DNA of 61,506 bases from assembly GCA_043719155.1 (NCBI GenBank), contig JAYSUJ010000038.1, forward strand, positions 1 through 61,506, given 5' to 3'. The notes under the pieces are model-generated. The model searched no databases. It worked only from the letters and a program-made list of their open reading frames with translations, and was not told where the DNA came from. The translations under genes were made by a program, and so were the position numbers. This DNA is from a bacterium. Lineage in GTDB: Bacteria; Patescibacteriota; Minisyncoccia; Phycocordibacterales; UBA5272. The stretch's first letter is position 1. Every line of letters begins with the position of its first letter. Shown here piece by piece: positions 35,428 through 44,661 of this stretch.

Positions 35428-36558
35428 CTATTTTAAAAAAGTCTCAAAATTTTCAAAAGTCACAACATTAATTACTTTTGGTTTATAATTTTCTTCAAAA
35501 ACTTTTAAACCCTTACTTCCTCTATTTTTATATTTACACTCATAACCAAATAAATCTCCATCGATTTCTTCAATATAATCAACTTCTCTATTTTCGTAAT
35601 CTCGCCAAAAATACTTATTAGCCCTTAGTTCATTATTATTTAACAACTTTATCCGTTCCATAATAAAATAATTTTCAAAAATTACACCATTATCGCTTCT
35701 AAAATTCATATCTTTAAAATCATTCAAAATACTATTTCTGAGACCAATATCAACAAAGTAAAGTTTAAAATTTTTCTTTAATTCGTTACTTAAGTTTTTT
35801 GAGTAAGCATATAATCTAATAACTATAAACATTTTTTCTAAAATTGTAATATATCTTTCTACAGTTTTGGTTGTAGTGTTTAGTTCTCTTGCCAAGCCTA
35901 ACAGAGAAAGGTCATTACCTATGTAATTTGCCAGTAAAATCGAAAGATGTTCTAGAACTTTAGGTTTTTTAATATTTTCAATTGTAAGAATATCTTTATA
36001 TAAAGCACTATTTTGTATTTGAGCCAATACTCTTTTTTTACTTTCTTCCTCTAAGTTGAAAATTTCAGGGTAAAAACCATATAGGAAAGTTTCATTAATT
36101 TTTTGTATTTTTTCAGAATTTAAAATTATATTTTGAAAATTCAGCTCTTCAAAAGAAATTGGATAAAGTGTAAATTCCAAAGCCCTACCAGTAAGGGGCT
36201 CTGTAATTTTATTTGCCAAGTCAAAAGAACTAGAACCTGTTGCAATAATTTGAATCTCTGGAAAATTATCAAAAAATGTTTTAAGTATTGTGCCGATATT
36301 CTCAATTTGCTGAGCTTCATCTATGATGACCAATTTTGCATCCCCAATACTTGCTTTAATTTTAAATGGATTAACATCTTTCCAGACGTTTCTGTCAACA
36401 GGTATATCGGCCTGATAATATTTCTTAGAACCATTGTAGTCATTTAAGATTTTTTTCGCTAAAGTTGTTTTTCCAGCTTGCCTAGGACCATAAATAATTA
36501 TGATTTTTCTTTTAAACAGAAAATTCACAATTTTATCTTCTAGTTTTCTTTTTATCAT
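35428..36558 (-). CDS. AAA-family ATPase with DUF4143-like C-terminus
   Basis: Walker A GPRQAGKTT and Walker B LVIIDEAQ. The 376 aa architecture is typical of the ATPase+DUF4143 family. Confidence 0.75.
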   Translation of the reverse strand: MIKRKLEDKIVNFLFKRKIIIIYGPRQAGKTTLAKKILNDYNGSKKYYQADIPVDRNVWKDVNPFKIKASIGDAKLVIIDEAQQIENIGTILKTFFDNFPEIQIIATGSSSFDLANKITEPLTGRALEFTLYPISFEELNFQNIILNSEKIQKINETFLYGFYPEIFNLEEESKKRVLAQIQNSALYKDILTIENIKKPKVLEHLSILLANYIGNDLSLLGLARELNTTTKTVERYITILEKMFIVIRLYAYSKNLSNELKKNFKLYFVDIGLRNSILNDFKDMNFRSDNGVIFENYFIMERIKLLNNNELRANKYFWRDYENREVDYIEEIDGDLFGYECKYKNRGSKGLKVFEENYKPKVINVVTFENFETFLK

Positions 36559-36626
36559 AAAAATAGTATATCAAAGTCTCAATATTATGTCAAATATTGA
36601 GACTTTGGGTACTAATTTTAAAGATT

Positions 36627-37436
36627 TTACAAAACCCCGTAGATTATATATCTCCCCCCAGACAACTCAGTTCTTTGGGTGTTTTTTAGCTCCAGGCGCG
36701 CCACTGTAGGGCCTAGTGGCGCGCCAACTAGGTCCGGGTGCATCTCCCCCACTACTTGCACCACATTCTTTTTTACATATTCTGCATCTTGCAGTAGATA
36801 CTCCTCAGCTCCCTCTATATCAAACTTTAAAATATCCACTCTCCCTATATTTTCCTTTTCACAAAAGTCTTTCAAGCTATAAACGTCTACCTCAACACTT
36901 TTAGTATTCTGTTTTCTTACATTTATCGACGACCCCAAATGCGAGTCCCCAAAGTATAAATTTATTTTTCCTGTTTTATTGGAGACTGCACATTTACATA
37001 CCTTTATATTTGGAAATTGCTTGGTGTTCAATTCCAATTTCGCATGTACCTGTGGGTTTGGCTCTACTGCATATATTTTAGCACCCGGATATTTAAGTGC
37101 ATAAAATATAGCCGTGTCCCCCACATTGGCCCCCAAGTCTAATATAACTTTTCCAGATCCAGCCTCATTGCCTTCACTCATTTCTACATACGGAAATTCA
37201 TATTCTTTTTTTACGAAAATCTCCCACAATACAGCAATATCCATACGGTCGTCAATCTTAAAAATAAAATCTCTACTCCTGTAAGATAGATTTTCAGTAA
37301 AATTAATCTTTAAAAATTTATTACAAATTATAAAAAAAACTATTCTCAAAAAAAACAAACACCTACCAATAGAATCTTTCTTTAATTCTGTAGATATACT
37401 CCAATTAGTAAAAATTAAATTTAATATTCTTTTCAT
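36627..37436 (-). CDS. FkbM-family SAM methyltransferase
   Basis: LDLGANVGD motif I and ILKFDIEGAE FkbM signature. Confidence 0.75.
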   Translation of the reverse strand: MKRILNLIFTNWSISTELKKDSIGRCLFFLRIVFFIICNKFLKINFTENLSYRSRDFIFKIDDRMDIAVLWEIFVKKEYEFPYVEMSEGNEAGSGKVILDLGANVGDTAIFYALKYPGAKIYAVEPNPQVHAKLELNTKQFPNIKVCKCAVSNKTGKINLYFGDSHLGSSINVRKQNTKSVEVDVYSLKDFCEKENIGRVDILKFDIEGAEEYLLQDAEYVKKNVVQVVGEMHPDLVGAPLGPTVARLELKNTQRTELSGGRYIIYGVL

Positions 37437-37451
37437 ATCTTACACATAATT

Positions 37452-38072
37452 CTACTTAGATAGAAGAAAACAATGTATCATCGGACAATCTACCGGAGAG
37501 AAGTGGTCAACTATTTTTAGTTTAACGCTTTTTATTTCCTCCAGAATTCTCGATAAAGGATACTCTTTGTGTCCAATTTCCCAATAATGAAATCCATCAA
37601 ATTTATGTTTCCTAAATGTAGGAACCCGTAGATTAAAACTAATTTCCTCAATAAAAGGTAGCTTAAAAGAAATAGAAAATGGCACTCTTCTGTGGTCAGG
37701 AACTGTGACTAAGACATACTTACTGGAAACTCTTGAAAGTTCTAGTAAAGATTTTTTAAATTCTTCGAAAGGCAAATGTTCCAAGACTTCACAGCAAAGT
37801 GTGAGTTCAAATTCATCATTTTTAAAAGGTAATTTTGTGACATCTGCTAAGAAGTCTGCTCCCAGATTCTCCTCATAGTCGACTGTCGTAACGTTGAATC
37901 CAACCTTTTTAAGATATGTAGATGTAGTACCGTTACCTATACCCACTTCTAATATCTTAGTTACACCAAGTTCTTTAATTTTTGAATACTGATAATAGTA
38001 ACTAACCCATCTCCCCTTGTGATCATATACTCCTTTATTGTTATACATTTTGTAATCTTGTTTTTGCCTCAT
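37452..38072 (-). CDS. Class I SAM-dependent methyltransferase
   Basis: ILEVGIGNGTT motif I, with acidic residues downstream. Confidence 0.7.
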   Translation of the reverse strand: MRQKQDYKMYNNKGVYDHKGRWVSYYYQYSKIKELGVTKILEVGIGNGTTSTYLKKVGFNVTTVDYEENLGADFLADVTKLPFKNDEFELTLCCEVLEHLPFEEFKKSLLELSRVSSKYVLVTVPDHRRVPFSISFKLPFIEEISFNLRVPTFRKHKFDGFHYWEIGHKEYPLSRILEEIKSVKLKIVDHFSPVDCPMIHCFLLSK

Positions 38073-38082
38073 ATTTTTTTAT

Positions 38083-38628
38083 TTATTTTTTTAGAATGTA
38101 AACTACCTCATAGGCTGGGAAAATTTTACACAAATAATACTCATATAAATATTTGTTTTTAGTAATATATTTTTGAAATTTTTTAAAATAACATAAATTT
38201 ATATGTATACTCACAGGTGTAAATAAAGAAAAACTCTCATTAGATTTACTACCATTCATAAGAATAGGATCTAAAGATAAACTGTTCCAATAAGACCTGT
38301 GGTGCACCTGATATGCAGTTATATTTGTAAAATGTGGGACCCTTATCTCTGCAATTCCTCCAGGCTTTAATATTCGTCTCACTTCATTTAGCATATCCAC
38401 AGGCTCTCTAACATGTTCTAATACATGGAACATTTTTACCTCATTACAACTTTCATTAGGAATAGGAAACTTGTTATTTAGATCAGCTACCACATCTACA
38501 AGGTCTCCATCAAACATATCGATACCTATATTTCCTCTTTTAATTTTACCTACACCAATGTCTAATACAATTTTTTCTCCCCTAGTTTCTAGTTCTAGCC
38601 TTAATTTATCAAAATTATTTTTTTGCAT
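38083..38628 (-). CDS. Class I SAM-dependent methyltransferase (type 11-like)
   Basis: VLDIGVGK motif I and ILKPGG post-I motif. Confidence 0.65.
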   Translation of the reverse strand: MQKNNFDKLRLELETRGEKIVLDIGVGKIKRGNIGIDMFDGDLVDVVADLNNKFPIPNESCNEVKMFHVLEHVREPVDMLNEVRRILKPGGIAEIRVPHFTNITAYQVHHRSYWNSLSLDPILMNGSKSNESFSLFTPVSIHINLCYFKKFQKYITKNKYLYEYYLCKIFPAYEVVYILKK

Positions 38629-38630
38629 AT

Positions 38631-39725
38631 TTATGTCTGTATAATTGTATCATATATTTGCAGAGCTTTATTATCCCAACTCATTTTAAGAACTTTGTTT
38701 TTAGCTTTTTCTACGTTTACGGTTTTCAAATTAGTATCTAAGTCCGTTTTAATAATAGAATCCGCTAAGTCCTTCGCGTTATCCGCCTCGAAACTCACTC
38801 CACAGTCCATTAAAACCTCTTCTACTAAATCCAACTTAGAATAGATAATGGGTTTCCCAGCAGCCATATATTCGTAAACTTTCATAGGAAATCCAAAGTC
38901 CCTAAAATGTGGCTTGTCCGGATAAGGTATAATTAGAAAATCAGACAATTTCATGAGAGACGATATTTCTTCATGTTTTACTCTACCCATAATAATAATT
39001 CTATTTTGTAGATTATTTCTCTTAACATAATCAGAATACTCTAAAACATCCTCTTCTTTACCCCCGGCCAGTAAGCATATATATTCTGGTGATAAAAATT
39101 TTAAAGAATCTATTAAAGTTTTAAGGCCTTTTTCTTGGCCTACACTTTTAAAACTCCCTATATAAGCCAGTATTTTTTTATTTTCAGGGAAATTTAATCC
39201 TTTTCTAGTAAGGTTGCAATTTGTAAAGTAGTCTAAATTAACTCCACCCAAAATAGTTTTAATATTAGTATTTTTATTCAAACTTAATAATCTACTTCTC
39301 AATTTCTGAGAAGTAGTAATATTTAAATCTGAATTTTTCAAAAATAAACTATCGTTAGTTTCTCCATAAGACATATGCCAGTCAATTACCAATTTAAAAT
39401 TAAAGAATTTTTTATAATAACAAAACATTTTTAATAAAAATAAATCATTAGTCATAAATATATTGTATTTTTGGAAAACTAAAAGAGTTAAAACCAGCAA
39501 GTAAGAGTACGCCAATCTAAACTTAGAATATCCATAATGTACTTTTATAAAACTCGGCTTATCTTTACTAAATTTATTGACATAAAATTTAAAATTTGGA
39601 ACTACCTTACTCAGCGACATAGCTAAGTTTAAAGCGTAAATATCGTCGGCTGCAAGAGAGGGGTACCTCTTGGTTGTAAAATAATTAAACTTAAATTCAC
39701 TTTTATTATTTATAATTTTACTCAT
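38631..39725 (-). CDS. GT4-family glycosyltransferase (start moved to MSKIINNK, overlapping the flippase stop)
   Basis: C-terminal FGFPMKVYEYMAAGKPII (EX7E-type) motif. The ATG overlaps the upstream TAA (TATGAGTAA). Confidence 0.75.
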   Translation of the reverse strand: MSKIINNKSEFKFNYFTTKRYPSLAADDIYALNLAMSLSKVVPNFKFYVNKFSKDKPSFIKVHYGYSKFRLAYSYLLVLTLLVFQKYNIFMTNDLFLLKMFCYYKKFFNFKLVIDWHMSYGETNDSLFLKNSDLNITTSQKLRSRLLSLNKNTNIKTILGGVNLDYFTNCNLTRKGLNFPENKKILAYIGSFKSVGQEKGLKTLIDSLKFLSPEYICLLAGGKEEDVLEYSDYVKRNNLQNRIIIMGRVKHEEISSLMKLSDFLIIPYPDKPHFRDFGFPMKVYEYMAAGKPIIYSKLDLVEEVLMDCGVSFEADNAKDLADSIIKTDLDTNLKTVNVEKAKNKVLKMSWDNKALQIYDTIIQT

Positions 39726-40974
39726 ATTTTTTGCTATATATCTGTATGTATAAACCCACTGTTCCCAGTATACCCGACAATGCCCTTCCCATAACAGCAC
39801 CAAATAAACCAAAATAAATACTACCAAGAATAGTCATAGATATAGATAAACCAGAATTATACACCTCAAAAGTGTATAATTCTTTTTTGAAATTTTGAGC
39901 CTGCATTAGACTGTAAGGAAAGACCGCTAAGACAGAAAATATCGATATCGCATAAATCATTGCTAAATAGCTATATTGGGTGTAATTCGGTAGCAAGATG
40001 TCATAAAGAATAGGTAAAATAGAAACCAAAACTACAAAAATAGCAAATAATAAAAATAAAAATAAAAGAGAGATTTTAAAAAATTTTAATTTAAAATTAA
40101 CAGTATCTATTTTTACAAATTTTGGATAAACAATGCTTCCGATAGATTTGAATACTCCTCTTATTTTTTCTACTATAACCGTTACAAATAGATAGATAGC
40201 CAATTCTTTTGGCCCCAATATTTGAAACAATACAATTTTATCCAAATGACTAGAACCTATAGAAAAAAAATTAACAATTGATTGTGAATATACATAATTC
40301 TTAAATTTATTTATAGTATCCAAGTTTAACCCTGTAGAAACGATATCTAGTCTAGTGTAAAAATAAAAAATAGAGGTAAACAAACATTGAACCCCCAAAG
40401 TTCCAACTATAAGCAAATTTATATCTTTAAATAAATAAAAGGTTGCAGCAGTGGTAATGAGATTTACCAATAAAATTACACTCCCATAAAGTGAAATACT
40501 TTTAAAATCTTCTTTTCCTAATAAATACGCTCTATATAAGTTGAAATTATTCAACATTACTGAAAAAAAAGTAGCTAACATGATCCCAATCGCGTAAATA
40601 TAATTATTATTATAAAAATAATAAGTAGATATTATTACACTTAAGAATATGGGAAAAATTGACCATCTAAAAGCCATAGAGAAGGCATATACAAAGAAAG
40701 AGTCATTTCCAAGAACAATTTCTCTTGTTAGAGAGTACCCCATACCACTTAGTGTTGCCAAAGATACAATAGCAGCTAAGGATAAGATGTATTTATATTG
40801 CCCTAAAATTTCAGGACTAATAAAATTAGCTGTGACATAGATTATGATTATTCCAAAAAAAAGTGAAGTTAATTGTTCTAAGAAAACCCAGAATGAATTT
40901 TTAAAAACATACCTAAAGTTTATTTTAAAGATTGCAGACAGAGAGTCTATTTTTTTTAATAAAACTATTTTCAT
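39718..40974 (-). CDS. Wzx-like polysaccharide flippase (polytopic membrane protein)
   Basis: At least 10 hydrophobic helices, 418 aa, glycan-locus context. Confidence 0.7.
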   Translation of the reverse strand: MKIVLLKKIDSLSAIFKINFRYVFKNSFWVFLEQLTSLFFGIIIIYVTANFISPEILGQYKYILSLAAIVSLATLSGMGYSLTREIVLGNDSFFVYAFSMAFRWSIFPIFLSVIISTYYFYNNNYIYAIGIMLATFFSVMLNNFNLYRAYLLGKEDFKSISLYGSVILLVNLITTAATFYLFKDINLLIVGTLGVQCLFTSIFYFYTRLDIVSTGLNLDTINKFKNYVYSQSIVNFFSIGSSHLDKIVLFQILGPKELAIYLFVTVIVEKIRGVFKSIGSIVYPKFVKIDTVNFKLKFFKISLLFLFLLFAIFVVLVSILPILYDILLPNYTQYSYLAMIYAISIFSVLAVFPYSLMQAQNFKKELYTFEVYNSGLSISMTILGSIYFGLFGAVMGRALSGILGTVGLYIQIYSKKYE

Positions 40975-41153
40975 TATTTCTTTTACTATTTACATGTTAC
41001 ATCGTTTGCGATATTTTGTATTGTTAATACAACTGACTTTTAAAAAAATTTCAAAACATTTTGACTAAATTTACTTTTATTTACAATACTTAATTACGCG
41101 AGAGTCTTGCACCCTTGTTTGAAGAAGATTAGCGATTAAATTTTGTAAGTGAA

Positions 41154-41786
41154 TTACTTTTTCCTCATGGTCCAAAAGTAGCCTAGTGGAATATTAGCAG
41201 ATAATTTTTTGTACTGCGGTACAGCCTGAAGAACCTTATCAAATAAGATACAGATATTTTTCATAATTAATTTCAAAAAGGAGAAGTAAAACCACCCTCC
41301 GACATTTTGATACATGAGTGAAAATAAACCGTACCCAAGGATTTTAATTTCAACGATTTCAAAACCATATCTTTCTGCAAATTTTCGGTAAGCACTTTCG
41401 GTATATCTAACATAGTCGTCTGGCGAACCGTGAATGTGGTGCATATAAGGTACAGAGGAAACAAATAAACCTCCCGGTTTTATAACTCGGGCAACTTCAG
41501 CAAATAGGTTATGTGTGTCAAAGATGTGCTCAATCACATTCATAGTAACAACATTGTCATAGCTTTTATCTTCTAGTGGAAATTTCTCTTCTGCATTGAA
41601 GTTCAAATCTTCACCAGGATGCATGTCACCGTAATTTGCAACAGTCCAGGTGTGTTCGCCACCGACCAACTCTTGATAGCCACTTTTACGACTCCCCCCA
41701 ATATCTAAAACTGTCCCAGAGAGACTAACTTTTTTCAGTTCTTCATATTGCTGATTCCTAATTATTGAGTATGATGGTGTTGACAT
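41154..41786 (-). CDS. Class I SAM-dependent methyltransferase
   Basis: VLDIGGSRKSG motif I and VIKPGG. Confidence 0.75.
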   Translation of the reverse strand: MSTPSYSIIRNQQYEELKKVSLSGTVLDIGGSRKSGYQELVGGEHTWTVANYGDMHPGEDLNFNAEEKFPLEDKSYDNVVTMNVIEHIFDTHNLFAEVARVIKPGGLFVSSVPYMHHIHGSPDDYVRYTESAYRKFAERYGFEIVEIKILGYGLFSLMYQNVGGWFYFSFLKLIMKNICILFDKVLQAVPQYKKLSANIPLGYFWTMRKK

Positions 41787-41874
41787 AAATTTTGTTTTTT
41801 GTTATTATAAGTACGTGCTTGTGGTGCCTAGCACTGCGTCGGCTTTCAAGCTGAAAACAAGCACATTAAAACAT

Positions 41875-42279
41875 CTATCCATCAAATGATGGGTTTTTTA
41901 ATTTGTGTAAATTTTTATCCCGCTTTCCTGTGACCCATTTTGGTATTACGGAATTAAAAATTACCCTACCAACGTTTGCTGTTGATACAACAACTTTGTA
42001 TTTTTTTTCATCTACAATCGCAATGAAAGCGTAAAAAATTTTATTTTCCAAAATTTCTACTTCCTGCAAAGTACCCGATTTTTCGATAATTTCTTTAACA
42101 ACCAAGAGAGAATTGAGCCGCTGCTCTATTTCGGTAAAAGTCCTCATGCTCTGATCAGTCTTCCATATCAAATGTTTAAATCCTGCCATCGTGAATTCTA
42201 CTTCCATATTTAAATATGGACAAAAACTTTTTCCAAACGTCTTATATATAATTCTATACTTTTCAATAATATGATCCAT
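41875..42279 (-). CDS. Hypothetical protein (inserted next to a truncated methyltransferase)
   Basis: ORF only, with no motif I can name. Confidence 0.4.
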   Translation of the reverse strand: MDHIIEKYRIIYKTFGKSFCPYLNMEVEFTMAGFKHLIWKTDQSMRTFTEIEQRLNSLLVVKEIIEKSGTLQEVEILENKIFYAFIAIVDEKKYKVVVSTANVGRVIFNSVIPKWVTGKRDKNLHKLKNPSFDG

Positions 42280-42282
42280 ATT

Positions 42283-42441
42283 TTATTTTTTCATTATTAA
42301 TGTGGAAGACATGAAAATTTGTTCGATATTTTTACTTCTGTCTACCCGCAAACCTCCACCAATGTCTAAGACAAATTTGGAAGTATTAAAAATCTCTAAA
42401 GTTTTCTCTTCAAAAAATTTCTGCCATTTTGTTATTTTCAT
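42283..42441 (-). pseudogene. Truncated SAM-methyltransferase N-terminal fragment (52 codons)
   Basis: MKITKWQKFFEEKTLEIFNTSKFVLDIGGGLRVD... carries motif I but stops after 52 codons. It is not in the ORF track because it is under 60 aa. Confidence 0.45.
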
Positions 42442-42456
42442 ACTTGTTTAGCTTAA

Positions 42457-43134
42457 TTAATTTTGTATTATATTTGTCTTTTTATAACCAGCCAATTCTG
42501 TCATTCTTTTGTCATCATATTTGAAATCTTTTTTTGAGGTTGCTACAATATAAAAATGCGGGCAAACAAAATTAAACAAAAAATCTAAAATTTTGTTTGT
42601 AAAATAAAAACCAGAATTTCGCGAAATATTAAAGCCAGCATATTCCACAGTTTTGTGAAATGTATATCTGGTGAAAAAATTTACATGGGCGCTAGATAAA
42701 GCATAGGAAAATTTATTTAAATATATTAATGGAAAAACATAAGGAACAACAGGAACCCCAATAATTACTATCCCACTCTCTTTTAAATATTTTTTAATTT
42801 TGACTAGAAACAAATGCGGGGCCAACATGTGCTCAAAAATATTGTTGGCGAAAATGATGTCAAACTTTCCATTGAACTCATTACTAAAATCATCTTCTTC
42901 AATATTGCCCATCCTTACATCTACATGCATTTTTCTACCATTTTCTACCTCACCTTGATTGACAGTTAAACCCACGCTTCCCTTACCAAAGTGGGCTAAA
43001 AATTCTCCATTGGAGCAGCCAATATCTAAAACAGTTTTATTTTGTAGCCCAAAATTTTCTTTAAGATTGTTAAAAACTTTGGACTTGCTAACATTTTTAA
43101 ATCTAAGTTCTAAATCTGTTTGTGAAATTAACAT
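42457..43134 (-). CDS. Class I SAM-dependent methyltransferase
   Basis: VLDIGCSNGEF motif I. Confidence 0.7.
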   Translation of the reverse strand: MLISQTDLELRFKNVSKSKVFNNLKENFGLQNKTVLDIGCSNGEFLAHFGKGSVGLTVNQGEVENGRKMHVDVRMGNIEEDDFSNEFNGKFDIIFANNIFEHMLAPHLFLVKIKKYLKESGIVIIGVPVVPYVFPLIYLNKFSYALSSAHVNFFTRYTFHKTVEYAGFNISRNSGFYFTNKILDFLFNFVCPHFYIVATSKKDFKYDDKRMTELAGYKKTNIIQN

Positions 43135-43171
43135 AAAATTTTATTAACAAAGTTTAGCACAAAACAACCTT

Positions 43172-44245
43172 TTACCCCAAGTTATAGGTATTACAAGAAA
43201 AAATGTACTGCTCAACAAAAATTTGCTTGAAGGCTTCTAGACTATTTTGTTCATAAAAAATAAGCACTGCCTCTCTGTATCTTTTTTCATCTACATCTCT
43301 GTATGAGAGTGGGGCTAAGCCCCCAGCCAAAAGCATGGCATTTGCAAACAGCCTACCCGTTCTTTTATTTCCATCTTCAAAAGCCTGTAGATAGCTGATG
43401 CATAAAATAGCAAGCAGTGCTTTAGAGTAAAAATCTTTTTTATTTTTAATTAATTCAATAAATCTTTTAACTTCTGCTTCTATTTGTGGACCCATTCCAA
43501 GTGGCAGATACTTGGTCCCCGTCACCCCAACGGCATTTTTACGTAGACCATGATTTATGCCCAAGCTTTCTACCAAAAGTCTATGTATATTTTCCAGCTC
43601 TCTAAAATTTTCTAAACTTTTTTCCATTTTAACGGACTCCAAAATATATGAAAAAGTTTTTTTGTGGTTTAAGATCATGGTCGTTTCATCTTTTGTATTA
43701 GAACTTGACACTACACCTTCTCTCAAAAGTTTTTCTGTGTCTAAAAGTGTATAAGTATTCCCTTCTATTTTAGATGATTTCCAAGAAAGTTCTATAACAA
43801 ATCTTTCCAATTCCTTTTTTACTATAACATCACTACTACCTGTCCCTTTATTTTTGAAAATTTCTGTATTTTTATTCAGAGTTTCCATTTCTTTTTCAGT
43901 AAAAATTTGTGTATTTTCTAAAATTTGGAAAAGATCGAAATTGTAAGTGGTGATGATATTTTCTCTTAAATCTAAATTAATAAAATAATCTTCAACTTTT
44001 AAAGACCTGTGTATTAAACCAAAATTAGATAAGGTATAAACGCTTCCTCTTTTTTCGCCTTCGATATTTAGAAAATTTAATTCTATTAAACTATTTAAGT
44101 CTCTTTTTAGAGTTGCAAGAGAAATTTTAGAATCCATGTCCACAGCTGAAAATTCCCCAATTTCAGAGATTGGGTATTTTTGTCCAAATTTGAATTTCTC
44201 TAGTAATCTTTCCTGTCTTTGTGTTATTTGTTTTAATTGGCTCAT
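43172..44245 (-). CDS. Fic/Doc-family protein with degenerate active-site motif (His replaced by Gln)
   Basis: QAFEDGNKRTGR stands where HxFx(D/E)GN(G/K)RxxR is expected. Confidence 0.7.
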   Translation of the reverse strand: MSQLKQITQRQERLLEKFKFGQKYPISEIGEFSAVDMDSKISLATLKRDLNSLIELNFLNIEGEKRGSVYTLSNFGLIHRSLKVEDYFINLDLRENIITTYNFDLFQILENTQIFTEKEMETLNKNTEIFKNKGTGSSDVIVKKELERFVIELSWKSSKIEGNTYTLLDTEKLLREGVVSSSNTKDETTMILNHKKTFSYILESVKMEKSLENFRELENIHRLLVESLGINHGLRKNAVGVTGTKYLPLGMGPQIEAEVKRFIELIKNKKDFYSKALLAILCISYLQAFEDGNKRTGRLFANAMLLAGGLAPLSYRDVDEKRYREAVLIFYEQNSLEAFKQIFVEQYIFSCNTYNLG

Positions 44246-44254
44246 ATCTATCTA

Positions 44255-44282
44255 AAGTATAGCTCATGATGAGCCATAGTCA
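44255..44282 (-). promoter_or_regulatory. Promoter of the Fic gene (TTGACT-16 nt-TATACT) with a palindrome GCTCAT-G-ATGAGC in the spacer
   Basis: Consensus-like boxes, with the -10 box 10 nt upstream of the ATG. The 13-bp palindrome could be an operator. Confidence 0.45.
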
Positions 44283-44395
44283 AGTCTTTTTTGAGCCAAA
44301 AAAACTATTCTGGACTACTATTTTTTGCAAATCTGGTTTAACTCACTGCAAGTACTGATAATCAGTGTCATATTTTTGGATAGTTGTTTTTGTCT

Positions 44396-44484
44396 TGACT
44401 TTGTCATGTCTTTTGCTATAATTAAAGAACAAATGGCCAAACGGCCGATGGAGAAAGACCGCGAAAGCGGTCTTTCGAATTTTA
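44396..44484 (+). ncRNA. Candidate small RNA: orphan extended -10 promoter plus two hairpins
   Basis: TTGACT-16 nt-TGcTATAAT, then GGCC-AAAC-GGCC and AAAGACCGC-GAAA-GCGGTCTTT followed by CGAATTTT. It runs antisense to the flanking minus-strand genes. Confidence 0.3.
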
Positions 44485-44661
44485 AGAATCTAAGTTAAGT
44501 AAACTTTTCAAGGATTTCTTTATTTTTGCAAAATTACCTCTAGAGATTTTATACTCCAACTTCCTGATTAATCTCTTAGAGCTAAACACACGTATTTGCG
44601 ACAACAGCATCTCTCACTCAATAAATTGTACATTTTCATAACATTAATTTCATAATCAATT

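Noticed and set aside
39718-39827. The N-terminal 34-aa extension of the GT4 ORF 38631..39827, and likewise the first 17 aa of 26327..27475 and the first 20 aa of 28258..28704
   Set aside because: The GT4 extension overlaps the upstream flippase gene. For the other two I judged the first residues non-native for the family. Internal Met codons with better context (an ATG overlapping the upstream stop, a TATACT box, or a signal-anchor start) give more plausible proteins.
44434-44499. 21-codon mini-ORF MAKRPMEKDRESGLSNFKNLS as a leader or toxin peptide
   Set aside because: It is too short, has no hydrophobic toxin-like character, and contains the hairpins that define the RNA. I kept it only as a remark under the sRNA candidate.
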